Shown: positions 55,001-64,000, counted from the stretch's first letter. The stretch: DNA of 64,000 nucleotides from an uncultured Bdellovibrionales bacterium (GCA_964500125.1 CAZCMV010000004.1:7010-71009); one strand, 5' to 3'. Notes: a model not told the origin generated them from the letters alone. Numbers and translations: made by a program.

Positions 55001-55790
55001 ATGCAACGTTTCCAGGCAATGTCCAGGGTGTGGTTGTCCAAGCCAATAAATATGTTCCTGCACTCTCATTCGAGTCATTCGAGTGACCATTTGAGATATT
55101 AGAGTCGCTCCTTACTTTAAATTTAACGTATATTGAGTTGTCCTTTACGGTCTGATACCCTTGCGCGACTTCGTGAGAAGCAAGGGCAGTTCCGCAGCGA
55201 TAGCAATATGGCACCACTTTGTGACCCTTATATAAAACATCTTCACCTTTTTCAGTTTTTAGCTTCGCAATCTGCGCCAAAACCCACCACACCGACTCAA
55301 TGTATTTGTTGTCATAGGTGATGTAAGGATTTTGCAAATCAACCCAATACCCCATGCGCGTGGTCATTTTCTCCCACAAGTCTTTATATTCCCAGACTGA
55401 TTCTTTGCATTTTTTGTTGAATTCAATTACGCTTTGACGCGAATCACCCGGTACGATATTCAAGATGTCATGCTTATGTTTTATTCCTAGAGTTTTTTCA
55501 ACTTGGATTTCTACAGGGAGTCCATGAGTATCCCAACCAGCTTTTCTTTCCACCAAAAATCCTTTCATCGTTTTATAACGAGGAATGATATCCTTGAAAG
55601 CACGCGCTAAAACATGGTGTAGCCCCGGCTTGCCGTTAGCCGTTGGCGGTCCTTCAAAAAACACAAACGGTTTATTGTCACGATTTTTTTCAATCGATTT
55701 TTCAAATATCTTATTTTCATTCCAAAACTTTAAAACCTCTTCCTCCATTTTTGGAAATGATTGCTTCTGATCTACTTTTTTGAATGACAT
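52041..55790 (-). CDS. ileS: Isoleucine--tRNA ligase (type 2) with inserted histidine-phosphatase domain
   Basis: GPPTANGKPGLHH, GWDTHGLP, WTTTPWTL, ISRERYWG, KMSKS; internal RHGES...SHGD. Confidence 0.97.
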   Translation of the reverse strand: MSFKKVDQKQSFPKMEEEVLKFWNENKIFEKSIEKNRDNKPFVFFEGPPTANGKPGLHHVLARAFKDIIPRYKTMKGFLVERKAGWDTHGLPVEIQVEKTLGIKHKHDILNIVPGDSRQSVIEFNKKCKESVWEYKDLWEKMTTRMGYWVDLQNPYITYDNKYIESVWWVLAQIAKLKTEKGEDVLYKGHKVVPYCYRCGTALASHEVAQGYQTVKDNSIYVKFKVRSDSNISNGHSNDSNESAGTYLLAWTTTPWTLPGNVALAVNAKNQYFEAEIEANDSGEFNFKKGDKIILANDTNLHIKIFGEPIRFGAISNHEDDFSWACVNYKGTGNVLFKNIDYFQGSKLVGLEYEPLYKTANDVDRKTHYVVAGGFVTTEDGTGIVHIAPAFGADDADVAQENDLPTLITVDEEGKMIADVANTKGIEVKKKNDKNRYSVDDLIVTDLKERDLFFKEEVYEHEYPHCWRCDTPLIYYAKPSWYIRMSAFSDELVKNNENINWVPEYIKEGRFGEWLRGIKDWAISRERYWGTPLPIWECDTCGELKVVESIEEIKEQLGNPNKLFLVRHGESENNVQKIISSYPEKKAYSLTKIGKAQIEKVARELCEERIDLIFASPLQRTKETAEIISKNTGVKIVFDERLTETGMGKFNGEALENWRIIKEVHFNESNEYGAETVSDIKKRLSSFLGEINEKYSGKNIVIVSHGDPLHIFSGVLEGLRDNEIKEKGYLSNGSVKKMFSESLDVHKPFVDDVKFKCEKCGGKMTRTPEVMDVWFDSGSMPLAQFLYPSNATVEDKEKIEKGLVFPADYISEAIDQTRGWFYTLHAIATLLNKAGKMPTGNAYKNVICLAHILDKHGKKMSKSRGNVVEPMEVMDQYGADMLRWMLFTINQPGMPKKFDIKGMQDIMNRVFRMLWNSYSFFVMYANIDNFQVKSEKLKVISLLDKWILSELNVLIKEVDDKLGNYDIYAAAKLIEKYIDNLSNWYIRRSRKRFWKSENDADKNEAYVTLHCVLVTLSKLMAPFTPFVAEDIYKNLTGEESVHLSDFPEIDKDMIDTELNVDMATVRDIVSQGLAARAQGKIKVRQPLEEVLIWTRVDLNEQFDDIIKEELNVKFIRKFTSKEEFDLVLVGDLERKKYLLLNDDKREFSINERHALIALNIEITKDLKLEGQAREVVRFIQEMRKAAGYEVDNRIQICYNGSSVVFGKFGDLIAKETLADAINEGKMDDADLKKEFLVDGENISISIKKI

Positions 55791-55808
55791 AATTTATATG
55801 TAAATAAT

Positions 55809-55840
55809 AAAAAAACATCCTTAAATCAACATAAGGACGT
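55809..55840 (-). terminator. T-box leader terminator
   Basis: acgtcctta-tgttgatt-taaggatgt followed by T-run. Confidence 0.8.
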
Positions 55841-55896
55841 CAGTCCGCCTTTGCGCAAGCGCTCCGGCGTGATAAAACGTGGTACCACCTTACTTT

Positions 55897-55972
55897 AGTA
55901 TAATGTATCAAGTATCAAGTATATGTATTATGTATCCAAATACATTATACATTCTACATCATACATCATACC
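55897..55972. repeat. Heptamer inverted-arm element (ATGTATT/AATACAT family) inside the T-box
   Basis: atgtatcaagtatcaagtat..gtattatgtat ... atacattatacattctacatcatacatcatac. Confidence 0.85.
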
Positions 55973-56104
55973 CTTAATTGCCGCTATTACGGGCTTACCC
56001 GACACGTTCTACTGTGACTTGCCGTAGTCCTAACGAATGCGGCTTGTCTTTTCTTCGCGCAGCTCCGGAGTGATAACTCCCTCATCGCTTTTTCCAATGC
56101 TAAT

Positions 56105-56132
56105 AATATATCACACAGCTCCTAAAAATCAA
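56105..56132 (-). promoter_or_regulatory. ileS leader promoter
   Basis: TTGATT-16 nt-TATATT with TG extension. Confidence 0.55.
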
Positions 56133-56622
56133 GCTTATCGACGGAATGCATTCCCTTATTAGCATTATAATATTCCCACCCTTTTCGTATATCAATATCT
56201 ATACCTTGGATAAAATCAATTCCACCCAGTGAATTTATCAACTGCCATTTCCATTCCGAAAATTCTTCTTCACTGATTACTGGACTTTTTCCGTTAACAT
56301 ACTCGTTAAAAAAACATACAAACTTAATACCCGGAATGATTTTTTGTTCAAGCTCGGGCGTCTTAATACAATAAGTGTCGAAAACCAAAACTTTCTCAAC
56401 GATAATTCCTAATTCTTCTTTTATCTGACGTTTGACCGCGTCCACAAAACTCTCACCTGCATAAACCTGGCCGCCGCCACATTCCCATTTGCCAGGATAC
56501 AACGCACGATCTTCCCTTCTTTTTGCAATCAATACTTCAATATCGTTTTCCGTCTCACGAAAACAAATTCCTGCCACATGAACTTCGATCAAATGCCGTT
56601 TTTTCTCGCGCATAGCTTTCAA
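56122..56622 (-). CDS. NUDIX hydrolase
   Basis: WECGGGQVYAGESFVDAVKRQIKEELGI. Confidence 0.87.
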   Translation of the reverse strand: MKAMREKKRHLIEVHVAGICFRETENDIEVLIAKRREDRALYPGKWECGGGQVYAGESFVDAVKRQIKEELGIIVEKVLVFDTYCIKTPELEQKIIPGIKFVCFFNEYVNGKSPVISEEEFSEWKWQLINSLGGIDFIQGIDIDIRKGWEYYNANKGMHSVDKLDF

Positions 56623-56636
56623 TGAAAATGTTTATT

Positions 56637-57794
56637 TTATTTTTCATATATGGCCAAGGTTTCTCTTGCTGTCTTTTCCCAATCAAATTCCTTCGCTCTT
56701 TCAATGCCCTTTTGTTTCAATGAATCCTTCAGCTGTTCGTCGCTTGCGAATTTTTCCAGCGCACTTGCCATTTCATCTGTGTTTGTCGGGCTAGTAAAAA
56801 ATACCGCACCATCACCGATTTCTTCCAGAGTCGGAATCTTAGAGAGAATAGCCGGCGTTCCGGTTGCAAAAGCTTCCAACACAGTCATACCAAATCCTTC
56901 ATAAAGTGAAGGCATCACAAAGAATTCCGATCCTTGAAACAATGGCACGAGTTCATCACCAACAATATATCCAGTAAAAATAATGTCTTTATCTAAACCA
57001 AGTTCTTTAATTTGATGCTGTAATTGCTGCGCGAGCCATCCTCGCTTGCCAGCCAATACAAGCTGATATTCAAAAACTCCTTCGCTTTTCGCCTTTTGGT
57101 TCTGTTTAAATTTAGCGAATGCCTGAATCAAACGTCCGATATTTTTTGAAGGTTCCAGTGTTCCCAAGAATAGAATATATTTTTTGTTAATACCGAAACG
57201 ATAAAGCATTTTCTTGCTGTCCACACCGAACTGTCCAAAAAAGCGTTTATCTATTCCTCCATAAACCACCTCAATTTTATCATTTTCAGCCTCCAGATAT
57301 TTTTCGAGATCTTTTTTAAGAGCCTGAGAAACAGCTATTATCTTGTCCGCTTTTTTTGACATCAAGCGTGAGGTTACTTTCGATTTGGTCCTTTTTACTG
57401 ATGGATAACATTCAGGAACGGAAAACATTCCCATATCATGGAAGGTCACGATAGTCTTGCCTTTGTAACTTTGTGGGATGCGGCTCATCGGCGACGTTGT
57501 GTGTAAAACATCCAATTTTTCTTTTTGCAAAGTAGCCGCACCCAAAATTTCACTATACACACCCGGAAGATATTTTTTGTAATCGGAATAGGGATAAAAT
57601 TTTATTTTTACGTTCGGCTGGGTAAACTTTTTCACATCTTTCTCTCGCACACGAAAATCAAAGAAAATAACATATTCATTTTTCGTGTCCACCTTAAGCA
57701 AATGACGAATCAGCTGGTAGGTATAGTGCCCTACACCTATCGCATCTCCTTTCTCGGGATTCAATATTGTTCGTGCATCTATTCCTATACGCAT
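56637..57794 (-). CDS. Glycosyltransferase family 4 (GT-B)
   Basis: MRIGIDAR, PSLYEGFGMTVLEA. Confidence 0.93.
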   Translation of the reverse strand: MRIGIDARTILNPEKGDAIGVGHYTYQLIRHLLKVDTKNEYVIFFDFRVREKDVKKFTQPNVKIKFYPYSDYKKYLPGVYSEILGAATLQKEKLDVLHTTSPMSRIPQSYKGKTIVTFHDMGMFSVPECYPSVKRTKSKVTSRLMSKKADKIIAVSQALKKDLEKYLEAENDKIEVVYGGIDKRFFGQFGVDSKKMLYRFGINKKYILFLGTLEPSKNIGRLIQAFAKFKQNQKAKSEGVFEYQLVLAGKRGWLAQQLQHQIKELGLDKDIIFTGYIVGDELVPLFQGSEFFVMPSLYEGFGMTVLEAFATGTPAILSKIPTLEEIGDGAVFFTSPTNTDEMASALEKFASDEQLKDSLKQKGIERAKEFDWEKTARETLAIYEK

Positions 57795-57800
57795 AAAAGT

Positions 57801-57875
57801 TCATGTATCTTGTAGAATGTATTATGTATTTTTTGAATTCATACATTATACATACTACATAATACTTGCTACATA
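57801..57875. repeat. Heptamer inverted-arm element (ATGTATT/AATACAT family)
   Basis: atgtatcttgtagaatgtattatgtat ... atacattatacatactacataatac. Confidence 0.85.
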
Positions 57876-59489
57876 TTACATCTTATTTGGCGCATCTACT
57901 CCGATTAACCTCAACGTTTCAGCTAAAACGATTTTTGTGGCTTTAACTAGGTATAATCTAGCCTTGGTTAATTCCAGATTTTCTTCATCAATAACCCTGC
58001 ATGAATCATAGAATGAATGGAATTTATCAGCCAGTTTTATCGCGTAATGTGGCAATTTATGAACTTCATAACTATTGGAAACTTCTTCTATCAACTCAGG
58101 AAATTTTTCAAGTTCCCTCATGAGACTTAATTCCTTTTCATGAACCAGTAAAGAAAGGGAATCCGACTCTCCTTGAGTTGGAAGTTGTACTCCCAAATCT
58201 TGAGCCTTCTGCAAGATACTACAAATTCTCGCATGAGCGTATTGCACATAAAACACTGGGTTTTTCTGCGACCTTTCTTTTGCCAATCCCAAATCAAAAT
58301 TCATGTGCGTGTCGGGTGAGTACATCAAGAAAAAAAATCTTGTCACATCATGCCCAATTTCATCAATAAGGTCATCAATATATACTACATTTCCAGCACG
58401 CTTACTCATTCGCACTTCTTTGCCATCTTTCATGAGTCGTACCATTTGCACTATTTCGAAGTGGATTTTTTTATCATCAAAACCCAACGCTTTAGCTGAA
58501 GCTTTGAAACGCTGTATATATCCATGATGATCTGCACCCCAAGCCTCAACTAACTTATCAAAGCCTCGCTCTATTTTATATAATATATATCCGCAGTCTG
58601 AAGCGAAATATGTTTTTTGCCCACCAGACTTTATCAATACACGATCCTTGTCATCTCCAAAATCAGTAGTTTTAAGCCAAACCGCCCCATCCTGCTCGAA
58701 AGTAAGCTTCTTATCTTCTAAAATTTTAATTGCTTTATCTACATAGCCATCTTCATAAAGCATTTTTTCCGAAACCCACTCATCAAACTTAATTTGCATC
58801 TTTTCCGAGATTGTCTTTTCGACAATGTTTTCCATGATGTATGCAGCAGCCTTTTCCCCGACTTCCCTAATGTTTCCAATATCCCCAAACATCTTATTAA
58901 GTTCATCGATATATTTACCTTTATACGCCGCTTCTTCATCTTTCAAAACACTGTGCCCAAGCTTAATTACTTGCTCTCCTGCATTATTTACATAATATTC
59001 GTTTACCACCTCAAACCCCGCTTTTCTCAACATGCGCGTAAGCGAATCACCAAAAAATCCTCCCCGACCATTACCAAGATGAAGTGGCCCTGTAGGATTA
59101 GCAGAAATAAATTCATTATTCACTTTTATTCCTTTGCCAATCTCTAAATTACCAAAAGCATTTTCTTTTTCATTTATTTCGGCAACCTTATTTTGATAAT
59201 ACTTTTTCGACAAATAGAAATTAACATACCCCGGCGTTGCTATTTCAACTTTTTCAAAGTTGAAAGATTTGAGATTTGAGATTTGAGATTTGAGATTTTC
59301 CGCAATTTCCATCGGATTCTTTTTCACCAACCTCGCCAAAACCATCGCAATATTGCTTGTGTAGTCCCCAAATCGCTCATCTTTCGGCCTGTCCACAACT
59401 ATTCCAGGCAACTCAAATTCATCCCAAGATTGGCTTTCTTTGGCTTCCAAAATGGCTTGTTTAAGGTATTTTTCTATTTCTCTTTTCAT
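57876..59489 (-). CDS. argS: Arginine--tRNA ligase
   Basis: SANPTGPLHLG, GADHHGY, MSKRAG, YVQYAHAR. Confidence 0.98.
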   Translation of the reverse strand: MKREIEKYLKQAILEAKESQSWDEFELPGIVVDRPKDERFGDYTSNIAMVLARLVKKNPMEIAENLKSQISNLKSFNFEKVEIATPGYVNFYLSKKYYQNKVAEINEKENAFGNLEIGKGIKVNNEFISANPTGPLHLGNGRGGFFGDSLTRMLRKAGFEVVNEYYVNNAGEQVIKLGHSVLKDEEAAYKGKYIDELNKMFGDIGNIREVGEKAAAYIMENIVEKTISEKMQIKFDEWVSEKMLYEDGYVDKAIKILEDKKLTFEQDGAVWLKTTDFGDDKDRVLIKSGGQKTYFASDCGYILYKIERGFDKLVEAWGADHHGYIQRFKASAKALGFDDKKIHFEIVQMVRLMKDGKEVRMSKRAGNVVYIDDLIDEIGHDVTRFFFLMYSPDTHMNFDLGLAKERSQKNPVFYVQYAHARICSILQKAQDLGVQLPTQGESDSLSLLVHEKELSLMRELEKFPELIEEVSNSYEVHKLPHYAIKLADKFHSFYDSCRVIDEENLELTKARLYLVKATKIVLAETLRLIGVDAPNKM

Positions 59490-59532
59490 ATATTCATTAT
59501 ACTAGCACTTTGCTCTTTTGGGCAACTATTTC

Positions 59533-60204
59533 CTAGTAAACTATCACCACAAATTCCCCTTTCACTTTTCCTGGATTTTTTTCAAAATATTCAACTATTT
59601 CCTCAATATCCCCGCGCACGATTTCTTCAAACATCTTAGTCAGCTCACGTCCAATGATAATTCTTTTCTCGTTCGAAATGCTTTTTAGTAATTCCAAATT
59701 CTTAATAACCCGATGCGGAGAATCATAATACATCACCGGCAAATCAAAAGATATAACTTTTTTAAAAAATGTTTCCCGACCTTTTTTGTGCGGAGGAAAA
59801 CCCAAAAAAACGAAATTTTGCATATCAATACCCGCCACACTAACCAAAGCGCCCAACGCGGAAACTCCCGGAATCGGCACAACTCTGATATCATTTTCCA
59901 CAGCTTTTTGCACCAATATATTTCCCGGATCGGAAATTCCCGGCGTACCCGCATCTGTCACCAGAGCGATGTTTTCGCCAGAAACAAGGCGCTTCACCAA
60001 AGACTGTAGTTTTTCACTGTCACTATGCTGATGACAAGAAATACAAGGGGTGTCTATGCTATAATGATTTAGAAGTTTTTTAGTTACCCTCGTATCCTCA
60101 CAAGCAACCACATCGGCTTCTTTCAGGATTCGCAAAGCCCTCAAAGTAATGTCTTCGAGGTTTCCAACAGGAGTAGCCACAATGTATAATAAACCGTTAT
60201 TCAT
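59533..60204 (-). CDS. rsmI: 16S rRNA C1402 2'-O-methyltransferase
   Basis: LYIVATPVGNLEDIT, ACEDTR, DAGTPGISDPG, RELTK. Confidence 0.96.
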   Translation of the reverse strand: MNNGLLYIVATPVGNLEDITLRALRILKEADVVACEDTRVTKKLLNHYSIDTPCISCHQHSDSEKLQSLVKRLVSGENIALVTDAGTPGISDPGNILVQKAVENDIRVVPIPGVSALGALVSVAGIDMQNFVFLGFPPHKKGRETFFKKVISFDLPVMYYDSPHRVIKNLELLKSISNEKRIIIGRELTKMFEEIVRGDIEEIVEYFEKNPGKVKGEFVVIVY

Positions 60205-60212
60205 TATTGAAA

Positions 60213-60266
60213 AGTTAACGAGTTCACGAGTTTTAGTTTCAACCCGTTAACCCTTTAACTCGTTAA
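60213..60266. repeat. Octamer inverted-arm element (GTTAACG family)
   Basis: gttaacgagttcacgagtt ... aacccgttaaccctttaactcgttaa. Confidence 0.82.
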
Positions 60267-60280
60267 TAAATTAATAAAAA

Positions 60281-60742
60281 ATGATTCTAACTACCCACGC
60301 CCTCACCGGTGCCGCACTAGGCAAATATATTCATAATCCAATTTTGCTTGTTATCATGGCGATTGTGATGCACTTTACACTTGATACTTTCCGTCACGGA
60401 GAATATTTGAACCGCCGATCAACTGTAAAAAACACTTGGTGGAAAATAGTTACAGACTTACTTATTGGTAATGGGATTGTTCTTGCATATATATTAATCC
60501 AGCATCCGCCAACTGAAATAATCATTTCAATGCTTTTAGGAACATTCTTTTCCATGTTTCCCGACTTACTCACCGTTTGCTATTGGAAATTACATTTCAA
60601 ATTTTTGGAGAAAATATTCAATTTTCACGCTTGGGTCCACCCATATCCCAAAGGTGATTCCCGCTATGACTGGAAACTGCGTAACGCGGCAAACGACATT
60701 ATCTTCTCAACAATTGCAATTATCATACTTTTCACATTTTAA
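60281..60742 (+). CDS. Membrane protein with metal-hydrolase-like His/Asp motifs
   Basis: THALTG, HFTLD, PD, FHAWVH; several TMs. Confidence 0.7.
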   Translation: MILTTHALTGAALGKYIHNPILLVIMAIVMHFTLDTFRHGEYLNRRSTVKNTWWKIVTDLLIGNGIVLAYILIQHPPTEIIISMLLGTFFSMFPDLLTVCYWKLHFKFLEKIFNFHAWVHPYPKGDSRYDWKLRNAANDIIFSTIAIIILFTF

Positions 60743-60856
60743 ATCCTAAATTACAATTACTAAATCCTAAACAAATCCAAATATCTAAATATAAAATTCA
60801 AAAAGTTTTGGGATTTGGTTATTGAGATTTTTATATTGTTTAGAAATTAAAAATTT
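60741..60856. repeat. Heptamer inverted-arm element (AAATCCT family)
   Basis: aaatcctaaattac..taaatcctaaacaaatcc ... gggatttggttattgagattt..ttgtttag. Confidence 0.85.
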
Positions 60857-63652
60857 CTATAGATATTTTGCGGTCCAACTCTTCTTGTTTTTCTTCAATT
60901 TATCGGGCGTACCCTCGTAAACAAGCTTTCCGCCATTGCTTCCGCCATCCGGACCGAGTTCAATCACCCAATCAGCTTCACTAATCACATCGAGATTGTG
61001 TTCGACCACCAGTACAGTATTTCCTTTGTCCACCAAGGCGTTAAGTACACCAAGAAGTTTTTTAGTATCTTCAAAATGTAATCCCGCTGTCGGTTCATCT
61101 AAAATATACAAAGTGTTTCCCGTGGATTTGCGTGCCAATTCCGTGGCCAATTTTATGCGCTGCGCTTCACCACCAGAAAGATTAGTTGCACTTTGACCTA
61201 GCTTCAAGTATCCCAAGCCAACATCCTCCATTGTCTTGAGTTTTTCCGCAATCAAAGGATGCTTGGCAAAAAATCTGAGTGCAAAACGCACGTCCATATC
61301 CAAAATTTGAGCCACATTAAATCCTTTATATTCAATTTCCAAAGTTTTTTTACTGTAGCGCGTGCCGTCACATGCTTCGCATTTAACGTACACGTCCGGC
61401 AAAAGGTGCATTTCAATTTTTTTATATCCTTCTCCCTGACAAATTTCACAGCGTCCGCCTTTCATATTGAAACTGAAACGACTTGCAGTGTAGCCGCGAT
61501 TTTTTGATTCCTCTTCTTGTGCAAACAGTTCACGAATATGAGAAAATACACCAGTATAAGTTGCCGCATTTGAGCGCGGGGTACGTCCAATTGGTGATTG
61601 GTCGATACTGATTACTTTATCAATATGCTGCAAACCTGATATTTTTTTGTGAGCCCCTGGCAATTCACGCGCATTGAAAAAATGTCGCGATAACGCTTTG
61701 GCCAAAATGTCATTAACCAAAGTAGATTTGCCGCTACCAGAAACTCCGCAAATGGACACGAATTTTTTGAGAGGGATTTTTACATCCACATTCTTAAGAT
61801 TGTGTTCACTTGCCCCAATTATTTCAATATGTTTTCCATTGCCTTTGCGATATTTAACTTTTTCGGAGACTTTTTTCTTGCCAGTCATATATTGTGCCGT
61901 CAAACCCTTACTCTTGAGTAATTTAGGCACATTACCCTCAAACACCACGATCCCTCCTTCACTTCCTGCACCAGGTCCCATATCAATCACCCAATCAGCG
62001 GCAGAAATAATACTTTCGTCATGTTCGACCACAATCAAAGAATTACCAAGATCTTGTAATTTTCGTAGTGTAGCAACCAATTTTTCCGTATCTCTGCTAT
62101 GCAAACCGACTGACGGTTCATCTAAAACATAAACAATACCCATAAGTTGCGAGTTGAGCTGCGCAGCCAAACGAATACGCTGAGCCTCTCCACCAGAAAT
62201 AGTCTGCGCGCTTCTGCCTAAATTCAAATATTCCAAGCCTACATTTTCCAAAGCTTCCAAACGCTGATTAATCTCTTTAATGAGAGGATTCACTATTGAA
62301 ACATCTGCCGCACTTTCTTTCCAATTTTTGCTATCACATAGAAATTCTTTGAGCTGCGTAATTCCCATATTTACAATGTCATCAATATTCTTGTCATTAA
62401 TACGCACAGACAAATATTGCGGCTTTAGTCTTTTGCCATTGCAAGAAGGACAAACATGAAAAGTCATATATTTCTCAATTTCCGCCCGCATATATTCCGA
62501 CTTGGTTTCTTGATATTTTTTCTCCAACTCGCCAACAACTCCATGGAAATCGCTTTTGCCATTCACATTACCAAAAAGTATCACGTCTATTTGTTTTTTG
62601 GTCAGCTTCTTTACGGGTTCATCCAAGGAAAATTTATATTCTTTAGCGAGTGTTTTAAGCGCCAATAAATGAACACTGTTACTGGAAATTTTTCCTCCCG
62701 ACTTGCTCCATGGCTGAATCGCCCCTTCCATCAAAGATAAATTTTTATTGGGAATAATTAACTCGGGGTTAACTTTTAGACTATATCCCAAGCCACTGCA
62801 TTTTTCACAAGCTCCTTCCGGACTATTGAATGAAAAATGTCTCGGCGTAACCTCGCGAACTTTTATACCACAATCTCCACAAAAAAAATCTTGGTTATAT
62901 GAGCGCTTTTCATTCCCATCAATCAAAATACTCATTGCCCCACTGCCTAGTTTCATTGCCGTTTCAATTGAATCCAAAAGCCTTTCATGATCTTGTTTTT
63001 TTTGGTCAAAAATAATCCGATCAATTACCACTTCCACTTCCGCATCCACATGTTCCCTGATATGTTCCGCTGCTTCGGCAACTGCAATAATTTTGCCACC
63101 CACGCATACGCGCGCATAGCCTGATTGTTGAACCAAAGAAAGTGCTGATTGCGCATCCGCATTTTTGTCACGCGGTTTGGCCAAGATAGCCACATGCGTA
63201 TGGTGCGGCAAAGCGCATATTTCCTCAAGTATTTCGCGATTATTTCTCCTCTGCATAGATGCGCCACACTTTGGACAGTACAAAACCCCAATTTTAGCAA
63301 AAAGAATACGGATATAATCGTACACTTCCGTAAGTGTGCCAACTGTTGAACGCGGCGAACGTGTCACGCTTTTTTGATCAATAGAGATCGGCGGGCTCAA
63401 ATTTTCAATTCTGTCCACATCCGGTTTCACCGAAGGATCCAGAAAATTGCGCGCATAAGAAGAAAGGCCTTCCATATAGCGACGATTTCCTTCGGCATAT
63501 ACTGTATCAAAAGCCAAAGATGATTTGCCGCTACCAGAAAGACCGGTGATCACAACAAATTTGTTGCGAGGAATTGTCACATTGATATTTTTGAGATTAT
63601 TCACCCGCGCACCCTTGATTATAATGTCATTTTGTGAGGAAGACTTTGCCAT
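60857..63652 (-). CDS. uvrA: Excinuclease ABC subunit A
   Basis: GLSGSGKSS, two LSGGEAQR-type signatures, zinc fingers; start moved to MAKSS at 63652. Confidence 0.98.
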   Translation of the reverse strand: MAKSSSQNDIIIKGARVNNLKNINVTIPRNKFVVITGLSGSGKSSLAFDTVYAEGNRRYMEGLSSYARNFLDPSVKPDVDRIENLSPPISIDQKSVTRSPRSTVGTLTEVYDYIRILFAKIGVLYCPKCGASMQRRNNREILEEICALPHHTHVAILAKPRDKNADAQSALSLVQQSGYARVCVGGKIIAVAEAAEHIREHVDAEVEVVIDRIIFDQKKQDHERLLDSIETAMKLGSGAMSILIDGNEKRSYNQDFFCGDCGIKVREVTPRHFSFNSPEGACEKCSGLGYSLKVNPELIIPNKNLSLMEGAIQPWSKSGGKISSNSVHLLALKTLAKEYKFSLDEPVKKLTKKQIDVILFGNVNGKSDFHGVVGELEKKYQETKSEYMRAEIEKYMTFHVCPSCNGKRLKPQYLSVRINDKNIDDIVNMGITQLKEFLCDSKNWKESAADVSIVNPLIKEINQRLEALENVGLEYLNLGRSAQTISGGEAQRIRLAAQLNSQLMGIVYVLDEPSVGLHSRDTEKLVATLRKLQDLGNSLIVVEHDESIISAADWVIDMGPGAGSEGGIVVFEGNVPKLLKSKGLTAQYMTGKKKVSEKVKYRKGNGKHIEIIGASEHNLKNVDVKIPLKKFVSICGVSGSGKSTLVNDILAKALSRHFFNARELPGAHKKISGLQHIDKVISIDQSPIGRTPRSNAATYTGVFSHIRELFAQEEESKNRGYTASRFSFNMKGGRCEICQGEGYKKIEMHLLPDVYVKCEACDGTRYSKKTLEIEYKGFNVAQILDMDVRFALRFFAKHPLIAEKLKTMEDVGLGYLKLGQSATNLSGGEAQRIKLATELARKSTGNTLYILDEPTAGLHFEDTKKLLGVLNALVDKGNTVLVVEHNLDVISEADWVIELGPDGGSNGGKLVYEGTPDKLKKNKKSWTAKYL

Positions 63653-63727
63653 GTAACATGAATCATGAAACATGCAACATTTGCTTTTATGCATTCTGTT
63701 ACATGCTACATGTTGTATGCTTTATGA
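63650..63727. repeat. Heptamer inverted-arm element (CATGAAA family)
   Basis: catgtaacatgaatcatgaaacatgcaacat ... tgttacatgctacatgttg. Confidence 0.85.
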
Positions 63728-63788
63728 TATTCGCTAAGTACACATGATAGCAGTAAAAACGAGATATGTAAATAGACTCCTACAAAAT

Positions 63789-63817
63789 AAAACGCCCCGT
63801 TTTTCAGGAGCGTTTTT
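63789..63817 (-). terminator. Intrinsic terminator
   Basis: aaaacgcccc...ggagcgttttt hairpin. Confidence 0.6.
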
Positions 63818-63835
63818 AGCTAAGTTGTTAATCCC

Positions 63836-64000
63836 CTAATACCCCCATTTCATATTCACCTCTTTGCCTTCCGCAACATTTGAATCATGTTTTTCTTTTT
63901 CATGTCCTGACACAGCCTGGGTATATTCTTTTATAATTTTGCGTTTAGTGTCTAAATCCAAAGCTTTATTATTAATAGCCGGGCCACCGATGCAACCACC
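63836..64000 (-). CDS. 3' end of a protein with [FeFe]-hydrogenase-like C-terminal motif (partial)
   Basis: Manual translation GGCIGGPAINNKALDLDTKRKIIKEY...KWGY*. Confidence 0.55.
   Translation of the reverse strand, partial: GGCIGGPAINNKALDLDTKRKIIKEYTQAVSGHEKEKHDSNVAEGKEVNMKWGY

Larger units (their letters stand above)
55809..56089 (-). promoter_or_regulatory. T-box riboswitch (ileS leader), ultrashort Stem I, AUC specifier
   Basis: T-box AAGGTGGTACCACG at 55878-55891; antiterminator partner CGTCCTT; Stem I GCGATGAGGGAG-TTATCA-CTCCGGAGC; GAA/AGTA Stem II motifs. Confidence 0.88.

Noticed and set aside
63653-63694. N-terminal extension of UvrA, and similar extensions on atpB, the carbonic anhydrase and the methyltransferase
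   Set aside because: Upstream starts fall inside repeat elements; downstream ATGs fit the protein families better

Overview
AT-rich bacterial chromosome segment with nearly all genes on the minus strand. Gene content and style suggest Patescibacteria/CPR, Parcubacteria-like (inference). It holds the parA 5' end, tRNA-Leu(CAA), a complete F1Fo ATP synthase operon, four aminoacyl-tRNA synthetases (metG, leuS, ileS, argS), tRNA/rRNA modification genes (Elp3, rlmN, tgt, rsmI), rodA, rplY, uppP, folD, recO, uvrA, a 2481-aa surface protein with an ABC exporter, and several orphan genes. The standout signal is a family of elements built from degenerate 7-9-nt tandem repeats, usually arranged as two inverted arms. 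They occur in more than 20 intergenic spacers, including every junction of the atp operon, and in about nine sequence families. One copy carries a four-helix-bundle (23S-IVP/bAvd-like) gene between its arms, here with an internal TAA, while neighbouring copies of the same family are empty. Pieces of these repeats, and a separate REP-like palindrome family, also sit in frame inside housekeeping proteins (IleRS, LeuRS, ArgRS, RlmN, Tgt, Elp3, UppP, AtpZ) and inside an ultrashort-Stem-I T-box riboswitch upstream of ileS. All calls come from reading motifs by eye; no searches were run.
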